Source: a virus
Lineage: Duplodnaviria > Caudoviricetes
Length of the DNA stretch: 64,000 nt
Virus record (IMG/VR): IMGVR_UViG_3300035208_006730
Direction: 5' to 3' (one strand)
The notes beneath the pieces were generated by a model, which did no database searches, was not told the origin of the DNA, and worked only from the letters and a program-made list of their open reading frames with translations. This document shows, one piece after another, positions 48,716 through 57,017 of this stretch. A program made the position numbers and the translations under genes. How positions within the stretch are numbered: position 1 is the stretch's first letter; each line of letters opens with the position of its first letter.

Positions 48716-51700
48716 TCACCATTTCTTTGTACGATTATTCACTTCAGTTAAATAAGGAACTCCCTGTTGTGCAGTTTGAACGCTAGAGAAAGCAGAATGA
48801 GAAGAACCTCCACCCTGAGCAGCATTAAACATCTGAGCTTGAGCGGAGCGCTGATTTGAGGCCATAAAATCGACCCGCTGAGTCGTTTCAGTTTTTACCG
48901 GAAAATTCCCAACTGGTTGCGTTTGTTCAACTGGTTTCTGGGTCCGTTCTTCTACTTGTATTGAAGCCTGAGAAAGTCTAGCCTGATTCGCCTTAATCCT
49001 TTCCATTGTCTGTCTTCTCCACATTAAAAATTCCGTAACATCATCTCCCATCCCCTCAATTCCCAATGGCGAAAGAAGATAGTTTTGTGGACGAGACATA
49101 ATGGCTCGCGTCCCAGAATCCATTTCGGCAAGATATGCTGCCCTAAAGGCGTCATCATGTTCTAGTTCGCCTTTACCTGTCGTTACAATACGTCTAACAC
49201 GTTCAGCTCCCTCTTCCATTAAATCTGTTTGTTCTGTAATAGCCCTCAAATTAGATGATTCTTTTTTAGAAAAGGCCACACCAAAGTCAATAAGCTTAAA
49301 TTTAACGTCATTTCCTTCTCTTTTGAAAACTATATTTGCCCTATTAATATCTGCATGCATTATGTCGCCTTTGGACATTTTTTTAAATGCATCTGCAGCC
49401 CAATCAGAAAGTTTTACAGTTTCTTCTTCAGATAAAACACTTTCTTCTACTAATTTGGCATCTTTAAACCTTTTTTCAAGGATACTGCTTCCAGCATTTT
49501 CCATCAATAATGCATCTTTCTGAAAACCGTAAACTTCTGGAACCATTTCTCCATATTCTTCTCGAGCTGCCTTAGTTAACCTAGCCTCACGTCCAAGATT
49601 TAGTTCGTTGTTTTTAGCTAAAATACGAGCGTCAATATTAAGGCCTTCAAGTTCCCTGCCTCGAAGCATCATTGTTCCAGCACTAAATCCTTGAATTTTT
49701 GCGCCAGCTAAATGGGGTAATTCGGTCTTCAGAACTGCCTTACCTTTGCCAGGAACCCAAGCGTTATAAGCTACACCTTGAGCTCCAGATCCCAATTTAT
49801 TTAAAACATAGGCTTCCGTTTCGCCAACGCTAACTTTTAGTTTTTCTCCGAGTCCCTCCTTAATCAAAGATTGCATTTCGCTTTCTGCAGCCTCTGGAGC
49901 TGCAGAAAGAATCTTACTGATACGTTCTTCTGGTAAAATTCTGGCCGCTTTATCGGCTAGAGTAGAAATAAATCCTGAACCAAATGGGGTCATTAGATGT
50001 CGAATCTTCGCAGACAGACCTACTTCAGACATGCCCTCAATTATATTAAAAGAAAACTTATCTCCCCAAGCCTGTTTGTCTGATTGCTTCTTATCTTTCC
50101 TCCACATTGACTTTCGAAGTTTTCTTCCCATCATTCGAGCTTTAATAAACTCTTCTTCGGTCAACTGTCGATCTTGATCTCCTAGGGAATAAAGAAAGGA
50201 TTGGTAGGCGCCCAAATTTAAATTTTCTGACAGTTTATCAATACTTGCAAACGTATTGTAGGTTATTGGCTGACCCATTTGCTGTTTTGCTTCAGCAATG
50301 GCCTGATATCTTGCCAAACCCCACATCCCAATGCCCTGCTCTCGTGCAGCAAGTTCAGCTTGGGCGGTATGCTTTCTTGTAACTAATTCTTCTGAAGCCT
50401 CACCGAATGGCAAAGCCGATACAGCTCCTCTTCGAATTAGTTCTACGTTTAGGTTGGTCTTGTCAGATACGACAGCCCCGAGGTAACGACCGTAGGTCAT
50501 TTGCGAAGGATCAATAATTACTGAAGCAGCTGGATTCTCTGCAAGGAGTTTTCGAAGCTCTGCGGTGGCCTCTTGCCCTCCAGGTTGTTCCTGGTTGATA
50601 CGTAGTTGGGAAAGAAGAGAACCTTCAGAGTGGCCTGCGGTCTCGGGCGCATCTATACCCGCGAGGCGAATAGAGATTTGTCCATATCCAAATTTAGCTT
50701 TTAACCAGTTTGCTATTCCAGAACGTCGAAGAACTAGAGTATCAGCGTCTTCCACATCCATAATAAACTGGTCAAGTATAATTCTCTTTAATTGTTTGCC
50801 TTTTTCGTTGAGAGCTTCTATTTCTGAGGCATTTGCGGCAATTAGATCAGAATCGAGAAGTTGGCCCATCTTTGCTTGGGTCTCAGCTTCTTCTTTCTGC
50901 AATTGGGCCTGAAGATTTCCTCTGATTGTTGGATCGTCCCAAATGTCGCGCCGAAATTCTCTAATCCTTGGGTCTATCAGTTGACCCATCAAAGCATCTG
51001 GAATTGGTTGTTTCGCAAACGGGATATTAGTATCATCTCCCGCAACAGCCCCTCCAGGAAGAGCTGGAACCTTTGTAATGTCCTCTAAATCTCCAACATC
51101 ATCCCCAGAGAATAGGGACAGAGGCTTCAACCAGGAAAGAAGACCAAGTCCACCAATAATCCCTGCAGCAATTTTAAATTTACGATTTGGGCTAACCTGA
51201 GTAATAGAACGAAGAGGTGCTCCAACAATCTCTCCAGCATTTCTTTTGGAGAATGGGAGTTCTTCCTGAATAGCTTTTTCTATTTGTTCCCAAGAAGTCT
51301 CAGTTTTTGCTGCTCGAGTCCTGAACTCATCCCAATTAATTGTCTCATTTCTTTCAGTAGCAGCTTTAGCGGCACTAATTAATCGGTTTTGTAGGGCCAG
51401 ATCATGCCACTGCTTAACAGAAATCTCCCCCTTTGAAGCATAGATCTTCGCAAGAGTCGCAACGTCAGAAGAGACTTCGTGAGCTTCAGCAGAAGTAATC
51501 CCAAACAGTTTAGCTGCAATTTCCTGGGTCCAACCAGCGACTTTCTTTCTATCGATCAGATCAACGACTTCAGAAACGTTTTTCCCTTGGGCAAATAGAC
51601 CTGCGGCCTCTTTTCCAAGCGGATACATTTGCTTAATTAGATCTGGATCGTATTTGGCCGCAAGTTCTTCTGGAGAAAGGTTCTTAGTCTCTTGATAGAT

Positions 51701-52171
51701 TGTGCTCGAGAGTTGAACGACAAATTCTTGAGCAAGATCTCTAATTGTAATCTTGTCGAGAACCTGATTAAACCGAGAAGTTAATCCATACTTTTGAGCT
51801 CTAGCGAGAATCATTGGAATATCAAAACCATTTACTCCCGGAGCAAGAATTGATCTTTCTCCGATATTCCAACCTGCTAGAACTGGATTCTCTGTCTGAG
51901 AAAATGCTTCAAGATCGTTCAGTAATTCAATTAGAAGTTCTTTTTCCTCAAGAAGTTTTCCTCCAGAAGCTAGCCGAGTCTTTTCTGCAAGGGGAATAAT
52001 CCTCTCGCGGGCGAATTTTGAGATGAACGATCCTTCTGCAGGGGTTGAGTACATTACCCTGACGGGACCACCAACAGATTGACCAACAGAGAGAATTGGA
52101 GAATTTGCGGTCAATCCTCCAGTTTCAATATCAATGAAACGTACATTCCCAAATTGATCAAAAGAAATCAT
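48716..52171 (-). CDS. Multidomain protein: DEDDh exonuclease + hydrophobic helix + SNase thermonuclease + protein-kinase-like domain
   Basis: IDIETGG/GWNIG..FDIP/AHEVSSD; IAAGIIGGLGLLSWL; DADT/RLAGIDAPE/YGRYL/LNVELIRRG/GIGMWG; LGSGAQG/AVLK/HADINRAN/LIDFG. Confidence 0.85.
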   Translation of the reverse strand: MISFDQFGNVRFIDIETGGLTANSPILSVGQSVGGPVRVMYSTPAEGSFISKFARERIIPLAEKTRLASGGKLLEEKELLIELLNDLEAFSQTENPVLAGWNIGERSILAPGVNGFDIPMILARAQKYGLTSRFNQVLDKITIRDLAQEFVVQLSSTIYQETKNLSPEELAAKYDPDLIKQMYPLGKEAAGLFAQGKNVSEVVDLIDRKKVAGWTQEIAAKLFGITSAEAHEVSSDVATLAKIYASKGEISVKQWHDLALQNRLISAAKAATERNETINWDEFRTRAAKTETSWEQIEKAIQEELPFSKRNAGEIVGAPLRSITQVSPNRKFKIAAGIIGGLGLLSWLKPLSLFSGDDVGDLEDITKVPALPGGAVAGDDTNIPFAKQPIPDALMGQLIDPRIREFRRDIWDDPTIRGNLQAQLQKEEAETQAKMGQLLDSDLIAANASEIEALNEKGKQLKRIILDQFIMDVEDADTLVLRRSGIANWLKAKFGYGQISIRLAGIDAPETAGHSEGSLLSQLRINQEQPGGQEATAELRKLLAENPAASVIIDPSQMTYGRYLGAVVSDKTNLNVELIRRGAVSALPFGEASEELVTRKHTAQAELAAREQGIGMWGLARYQAIAEAKQQMGQPITYNTFASIDKLSENLNLGAYQSFLYSLGDQDRQLTEEEFIKARMMGRKLRKSMWRKDKKQSDKQAWGDKFSFNIIEGMSEVGLSAKIRHLMTPFGSGFISTLADKAARILPEERISKILSAAPEAAESEMQSLIKEGLGEKLKVSVGETEAYVLNKLGSGAQGVAYNAWVPGKGKAVLKTELPHLAGAKIQGFSAGTMMLRGRELEGLNIDARILAKNNELNLGREARLTKAAREEYGEMVPEVYGFQKDALLMENAGSSILEKRFKDAKLVEESVLSEEETVKLSDWAADAFKKMSKGDIMHADINRANIVFKREGNDVKFKLIDFGVAFSKKESSNLRAITEQTDLMEEGAERVRRIVTTGKGELEHDDAFRAAYLAEMDSGTRAIMSRPQNYLLSPLGIEGMGDDVTEFLMWRRQTMERIKANQARLSQASIQVEERTQKPVEQTQPVGNFPVKTETTQRVDFMASNQRSAQAQMFNAAQGGGSSHSAFSSVQTAQQGVPYLTEVNNRTKKW

Positions 52172-52200
52172 TTGCCTTACTCTCTAAATCGCATCGAAAA

Positions 52201-52947
52201 TTACTCTCCAGAATTAAGGAGATCATCTGGGGTCAAAACATCCTTTGGAAGTTCTACCTGTTTAATCTGTTTTTCGATGATTTTAGCTCTTTTTTTCGAA
52301 TCGGTTATGGAGGTATCGCCCTTGTCCTTCTGTTTCAATGCAGCTTGCTTTTTATAGATTTCTTGGGGATCTCCAACCATTAATTTGATCAGTCTCTCTC
52401 TGCGAGCAGAGAGTTTCAACTTGGCTTCTAGGTAAGGAGTAATTTCGTAGACAGTAACGATCTGTCCTTTGAGATTTTGGGTAGTTTCGAGAATTAGATC
52501 TACGTTCTCTTTCATAGCCAAAGATTTATTAGTTCTCATTAAGAGAATCTCTATTTCAGCCAACTCGTTACAGTAGGCTACTTCTGCAGCATTAATTGGA
52601 TTTACATCAAATCTTTCCATGTAACGAAGAAAGAATTCTGAATAGAAACTAATTTCTGCTGGACAGGGTTGACCGATTGGGACTTTAGTAATTGGGAATG
52701 GACAGGTCTTTCTGTAGAAGCATTCTTCTTGACCAAGACATTCCATTGCCAGGAATGCTCCTGGGCCTGTAACGTACTTGGTCATCAATGCTCTAATTCG
52801 AAGCATTTCTTCATTTGTGTATTGGATTGGGTTTTTATCAGGATTGAATGATAGCGCCTCGAGAAATGCTTTTTTGGCGAATTGTTTCTTTCCATCAGCG
52901 TCTTGTTCTGCGGAATAGATTGCTAGTTCTTTCTCTATTAATGACAT
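52201..52947 (-). CDS. Putative terminase small subunit (Cys-rich N-terminal half)
   Basis: 248 aa; first gene of the morphogenesis region; C..C..CP..CP.E followed by helical ELAEIEILLMR..; mainly positional. Confidence 0.45.
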   Translation of the reverse strand: MSLIEKELAIYSAEQDADGKKQFAKKAFLEALSFNPDKNPIQYTNEEMLRIRALMTKYVTGPGAFLAMECLGQEECFYRKTCPFPITKVPIGQPCPAEISFYSEFFLRYMERFDVNPINAAEVAYCNELAEIEILLMRTNKSLAMKENVDLILETTQNLKGQIVTVYEITPYLEAKLKLSARRERLIKLMVGDPQEIYKKQAALKQKDKGDTSITDSKKRAKIIEKQIKQVELPKDVLTPDDLLNSGE

Positions 52948-53090
52948 CTTGTTACCTGCTACTTTCTAAGTGATTGATCACTATGAAATTCCTGCTTCAA
53001 CGAAGATAGTTTCGTATCTTTTGATACCAGAGCTTTCTTCTCGACAGGCTTGACTTCCCGAGTAGCCCTCGGTAGTTGTTTTAAGTTTAG
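52935..53090 (-). ncRNA. Putative TnpB omegaRNA (right-end RNA) with flanking guide
   Basis: tnpB 3' end reads ccgagggctactcgggaagtcaagcctgt..tcgttgaagcaggaa, like TnpB right-end RNAs; boundaries approximate. Confidence 0.55.
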
Positions 53091-54192
53091 GGCCGCATTA
53101 TGATCACGATCTAAAACTAAACCACATTTACAATTAAAAGTCCGGTCTGATAACTGTAGGTCTTTGATGTCGCCACAAGAAGAACAGGTTTTGCTACTTG
53201 GAAACCAACGATCAGCAACTTGCAAATCAGTTTTATAAATTACCGACTTATAAGTTGTTTGTCGTCTAAACTCTCCAAAAGCGGCATCACTTAGAGACCT
53301 TGCTAGGTAACGATTCTGTACCATGCTCTTCACATTTAGATCTTCAATAATTATCGTTTGGTTTTCACGACAAAGTCTTGTAGTCAATTTATGAAGAGAA
53401 TCCTGCCGGATATCTTTAATCTTGCAATGCAAACGAGCTAATCTATCAGCAGCTTTTTTGCGATTAGAAGATCCTTTTAGTTTTCTTGAATGTCTTCTAG
53501 AAAGCCTTTGTAAGCGCTTTAGATATTTACCTAAAGACTTGGGACCTTCTATTTTTTCATCAGTAGATAGAGTCGCTAGTGTAGTAATTCCAAGATCAAC
53601 GCCAATCTTTTCGTTGCCAATACGGTCTTTATGGTAGTCACCAACATTAACTTGAACGGCAAGCATCCAACGGTCAGCTACTCGGCTAACGGTAGCGCTC
53701 ATTACTTTGCCAGCGAACCTTAAGGTTTCTCGCATGCTAACCCAGCCAAGAACTGGAATCCTAACTTTCTTTTCGTCAAAAGAGATTTTATCGTTAGCAA
53801 TGTAGAAAGAGTCTCTTTGTCCCTTTTTATGAAATTTAGGATACCCGGTTTTCTTTTTAAAGAAAGAACTAAACGCTTTTTGTAAGTTAGCGAAGGGTTG
53901 TGCGGTACAGTCTCTATGGACATCGCAGGTCCATGGAAACTCTTGTTTACGAATAGAGTTGAAGATCTTTTTAAGAGTTGAACTCTTGGGCTTCTCGCCT
54001 AACTCGTAACGTTGTTTCCATTGGCCAAGAGCCCAATTGTAAGAGAATCTAGCAGTACCACAAGCTTTCACAAAATACTCTATCTGAGTTTTAGTTGGCA
54101 TAAGTCTTATTTTATGAGAAAGAATCATTTATTTCCGCCTGTTCATGTATATCACTATAGCACAACCACTTGTCAAAGGTCTAGAAGTACCT
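52953..54192 (-). mobile_element. Non-autonomous tnpB-only element (IS607/IS605-like)
   Basis: tnpB without tnpA; AGGTA (minus strand) at both junctions, 52953-52957 and 54188-54192; removing the element restores AGGAGG-N7-ATG for the downstream gene. Confidence 0.75.
52959..54128 (-). CDS. tnpB: RNA-guided nuclease TnpB
   Basis: 389 aa; HTH_OrfB N-terminus (HKIRLMPT..GTARFSYN), RuvC GVDLG, IEDL, DRDHNAA and CSSC/CKC zinc finger, all intact. Confidence 0.95.
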   Translation of the reverse strand: MILSHKIRLMPTKTQIEYFVKACGTARFSYNWALGQWKQRYELGEKPKSSTLKKIFNSIRKQEFPWTCDVHRDCTAQPFANLQKAFSSFFKKKTGYPKFHKKGQRDSFYIANDKISFDEKKVRIPVLGWVSMRETLRFAGKVMSATVSRVADRWMLAVQVNVGDYHKDRIGNEKIGVDLGITTLATLSTDEKIEGPKSLGKYLKRLQRLSRRHSRKLKGSSNRKKAADRLARLHCKIKDIRQDSLHKLTTRLCRENQTIIIEDLNVKSMVQNRYLARSLSDAAFGEFRRQTTYKSVIYKTDLQVADRWFPSSKTCSSCGDIKDLQLSDRTFNCKCGLVLDRDHNAALNLKQLPRATREVKPVEKKALVSKDTKLSSLKQEFHSDQSLRK

Positions 54193-54244
54193 CCTAGAGT
54201 AGTTTACCAAGGAAAAGTATTTTTAACTAATCTAAAAATAGTTC

Positions 54245-54274
54245 TTGACACGACAATTTTGTCACTGCTATATT
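54245..54274 (+). promoter_or_regulatory. Sigma70-type promoter TTGACA-N18-TATATT with extended -10
   Basis: Perfect -35, TG before the -10, at the strand switch; spacer contains the palindrome GACAATTTTGTC. Confidence 0.6.
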
Positions 54275-54344
54275 CTTAAGAGAGCTTTGAGTGAAGTATT
54301 GAACGAAAAGCGAACGACAGGATATGAAATTCAATCAATTTACT

Positions 54345-54369
54345 TTTCTCGGGCTGATGGCCCGAGAAA
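54345..54369. terminator. 10-bp stem-loop in the divergent intergenic region
   Basis: tttctcgggc-tgatg-gcccgagaaa. Confidence 0.4.
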
Positions 54370-54407
54370 TAAAACAATGTATTCCGAAATAACTACCTCA
54401 GGAGTAA

Positions 54408-54437
54408 TTGACTTCTAATTTACAAAGGAGTTAAACT
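54408..54437 (+). promoter_or_regulatory. Sigma70-type promoter TTGACT-N18-TAAACT
   Basis: Ends 19 nt before the first plus-strand start codon. Confidence 0.4.
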
Positions 54438-54456
54438 GTAGACAGGGAGAGAAGAA

Positions 54457-54669
54457 ATGAATTACAAGAAAAAGTCTACGATAGTTGAAGCCACAAGACA
54501 TCCAGAATATTTCGAAATCAAATTACCAGATGGAAGAGTAATCGATGGTAACCCAGGAGATTGGGAAGTAGTTGATCTCGAGGGTAATCATTTTGTAGTT
54601 GGACATGAAATCTTTTTAAGAAGATACGAACCATTTGACGAGGAAGGATGGAACGCTTTTACAAAATGA
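54457..54669 (+). CDS. PGDYG-like small phage protein
   Basis: YKKKSTIVEA..GNPGDWEVVDLEGNHF..IFLRRYEP. Confidence 0.6.
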   Translation: MNYKKKSTIVEATRHPEYFEIKLPDGRVIDGNPGDWEVVDLEGNHFVVGHEIFLRRYEPFDEEGWNAFTK

Positions 54670-54860
54670 GAGAAGTAGGAGAGAAGTATACATTCCTAAT
54701 AAAAAATTTCAGCGGCCCACTCTGGAAAGCCCTGAAATCCTATTCTAAAGAAGAAGGCCTTACCCTTAATAAACTAATAGAAAAAATCCTCAGGAGTCAT
54801 CTTGAAATGGAAGGTATCATCCCCCCAGGTTCTAAAATACTAGAGAAAGGAAAGAAATGA
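54666..54860 (+). CDS. Ribbon-helix-helix DNA-binding protein
   Basis: YTFLIKNFSGPLWKALKSYSKEEGLTLNKLIEKIL; start taken at the ATGA overlap. Confidence 0.65.
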   Translation: MREVGEKYTFLIKNFSGPLWKALKSYSKEEGLTLNKLIEKILRSHLEMEGIIPPGSKILEKGKK

Positions 54861-55267
54861 CAGGCGAACAAGTTATTGAACTTTGGAAACAACATCAAAA
54901 AGAAGAAAGAACAGAACGTAAAGGAAAAGAAAGTTCCGAAAGATACTGGAAACAATCTGGAGCTCTAACAATAATCCTACCAAGACAATCCGGCAAAACA
55001 ACAACTCTGATCCCAGCTCTAACAAGTTTTTTGGGACCCAATTGTATCGAAGTTACTCCAAGAATTAGATTTGAGAATAAAGATCATCCACTAATTTACG
55101 AAACTAAAATAGCTTCTCTTTTTGAATGGTGGGAAAGGCCATTTGATCCTGCAGATTTTCACTGCATTGTAGATGACTTTACATTTTGCAATCAAAAGTT
55201 TTTCGAAGGTAGATGGAAGTCTCTAACCCTATTTGGATCATTATCTGATATCAGGTTTGCACGATGA
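54857..55267 (+). CDS. Small P-loop protein with terminase-like Walker A
   Basis: 136 aa; IILPRQSGKTT and HCIVDD. Confidence 0.55.
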   Translation: MTGEQVIELWKQHQKEERTERKGKESSERYWKQSGALTIILPRQSGKTTTLIPALTSFLGPNCIEVTPRIRFENKDHPLIYETKIASLFEWWERPFDPADFHCIVDDFTFCNQKFFEGRWKSLTLFGSLSDIRFAR

Positions 55268-55464
55268 TTACTATCTCTAAAGATATGGAAGAATGCCTTG
55301 AAGCCTTTTGTAAGAAACATTCTCTCTCCCCCACAAGAGCTCTCAACCAAGCAATTAATGATTTTGTTTCTAGAGATATTGAATTCTCAATAGTAGGTGC
55401 ACCAGTTCTTGCAAGATTGTCCGCGAAAGAAATTAAAAAACTCCAGAAAGTCTGTTCTGAATAA
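55264..55464 (+). CDS. Ribbon-helix-helix DNA-binding protein
   Basis: MITISKDMEECLEAFCKKHSLSPTRALNQAINDF. Confidence 0.6.
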   Translation: MITISKDMEECLEAFCKKHSLSPTRALNQAINDFVSRDIEFSIVGAPVLARLSAKEIKKLQKVCSE

Positions 55465-55516
55465 TTCTTGCCTTTTATCATTTGGTCATGGTATCCTGAT
55501 AATCAGGAGGTGCTAA

Positions 55517-55669
55517 ATGAAACAAGGTGAAAGAAAAGAAGTCTGGATTTCCAAAGAACTCCACAAAAGAATCAAGATCAAAGCCGTAACGGAGGATGTA
55601 CGGATGGAAGATCTTGTAGCAAAAATCCTAACAGAAAAACTAGATGAAGAGGAAAAGAAGAATGACTGA
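55517..55669 (+). CDS. Ribbon-helix-helix DNA-binding protein (50 aa)
   Basis: Not in the ORF track; AGGAGGT RBS; KEVWISKELHKRIKIKAVTEDVRMEDLVAKIL. Confidence 0.7.
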   Translation: MKQGERKEVWISKELHKRIKIKAVTEDVRMEDLVAKILTEKLDEEEKKND

Positions 55670-56468
55670 AGAAATGGTAAGAATTGAAAACGTACAAATC
55701 GGAGATGATCAAATTGAAGCGATTAGGGACAAAAATGAGGGTTGGGTTGTAGTAAAAAGAATGTGTGAAGCATTGGGGGTCGATGCGAATGGACAGAAAC
55801 AGAGACTAGATAACAGTTCTTGGGCAACTACGTGCATTATCCACGCAGTTGGAAACGATGGAAAACAAAGAGAAATGTTCTGTCTATCGGTGAAAAGTGT
55901 TCCAATGTGGTTAGCAACTTTACAAACAAGTCGTCTCAATAAAACGATTCGTCCCAAAATAGAACAGTTTCAAAGAGAAGCTGCTGAAATTCTATTTAGA
56001 TGGGCAGAACAAAGACCTCCGGCAAAAATGCCCACTCATTTAGAAGCTCTAGAGGGTTGGACAGCTGAACTAAGACATTCTATTGCGTTGGAAGAAGAAA
56101 ATAAAAATCTGGCGGTAATTACCCAAAAACAAGAAGAACAATTAGCTCTTGAAGCTCCAAAAGTAAAGAATTACGAAAAGTTCCTTTCTACTGATGGAGA
56201 TTATTCTCTCCAAGCGGCAGCAGAAATTCTTAAATGGGGCAGACAAAGAATGATTAACACTCTTCTTAATAAGGTGTGGTTCAGAAATCCTAATGGAGAA
56301 ATTGTTCCTTACCAACAGTATATAGATAGAGATCTATTCAAAGTTAAATCTGGAACCTATTTCAATGAAGTAACAAGCAAAACTAATTCTTATGTTAAAA
56401 CTGTAGTAACCCCCAAAGGTCTTGAATTCCTTTCTAACCATTTAGAAACTTCAGAAGCCCTGAACTAA
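55662..56468 (+). CDS. Phage antirepressor (P22_AR N-terminal + KilAC/ANT C-terminal)
   Basis: VVVKRMCEALGVD..GNDGKQREMFCL..PMWL; APKV..PYQQYIDRDLF..TVVTPKG. Confidence 0.88.
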   Translation: MTEEMVRIENVQIGDDQIEAIRDKNEGWVVVKRMCEALGVDANGQKQRLDNSSWATTCIIHAVGNDGKQREMFCLSVKSVPMWLATLQTSRLNKTIRPKIEQFQREAAEILFRWAEQRPPAKMPTHLEALEGWTAELRHSIALEEENKNLAVITQKQEEQLALEAPKVKNYEKFLSTDGDYSLQAAAEILKWGRQRMINTLLNKVWFRNPNGEIVPYQQYIDRDLFKVKSGTYFNEVTSKTNSYVKTVVTPKGLEFLSNHLETSEALN

Positions 56469-56493
56469 CCCCTCCCCAATCTCCCCCCCCTCC

Positions 56494-56547
56494 AATTATT
56501 TTTCGAGAAAACTCTTTAATAACAGGTTTTAAGAATTATTTTTCGAG
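56494..56547. repeat. Two 14-bp direct repeats AATTATTTTTCGAG, 40 bp apart
   Basis: 56494-56507 and 56534-56547, just after a C-rich tract. Confidence 0.6.
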
Positions 56548-56641
56548 GATACTAGATAGTAAATAAGTCTATCCCTGCCCTTTCGTTTTGAGGGGCCGGG
56601 GTCGATAAACCGTGACAAAAATGTCACAAAGGAGAATGACC

Positions 56642-56902
56642 ATGTATGCCAAGGATATTAACCACATTAAGGAACGTTTATCAAGGATGCATGAGCGTGA
56701 CAGAGATTACTTCATGAACAAGATGAAACTGGTAGCAGAGAAGAAGGGATCGTATCTGTCTACTTGTAACAGTTGGATGGTAGTAGTAGTGCGTAACAAT
56801 GAGCGTATTGCCTCTGCCGTAGGGCATGGCAATCAATGGGATACGGTGCTGTCTGCAGGCATGACCTGCAAGGATAGTAGTGCAGTAATCATTACTGCAT
56901 GA
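56642..56902 (+). CDS. Hypothetical protein
   Basis: AAGGAG RBS 7 nt before ATG 56642. Confidence 0.55.
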   Translation: MYAKDINHIKERLSRMHERDRDYFMNKMKLVAEKKGSYLSTCNSWMVVVVRNNERIASAVGHGNQWDTVLSAGMTCKDSSAVIITA

Positions 56903-57017
56903 TTGTCCAACACATAACCTCTATTACTGTAATAAGGCAGTAGTAGAGAGTAAAGGGCTAAAGGCAGCCCATAATGCCTTCTCTTCTTACTGTACCTTAG
57001 GGTACAAGGAGTCTATC

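Noticed and set aside
562-53923. Many short plus-strand and nested ORFs in the track
   Set aside because: They are antisense or out-of-frame shadows of long, tightly packed minus-strand genes and show no recognisable motifs
54144-54176. Canonical sigma70 promoter for tnpB (TTGACA...TATAGT on the minus strand)
   Set aside because: The spacer is only 11 nt; at most an extended -10 promoter, so not listed
54129-54192. IStron (group I intron fused to the tnpB element)
   Set aside because: Only ~60 nt separate the left junction from the tnpB start, too short for a group I ribozyme
54345-54370. Hammerhead ribozyme suggested by CTGATG...GAAA
   Set aside because: The core reads CUGAUGG rather than CUGAUGA, no stem II forms, and the bases are explained by a simple 10-bp hairpin
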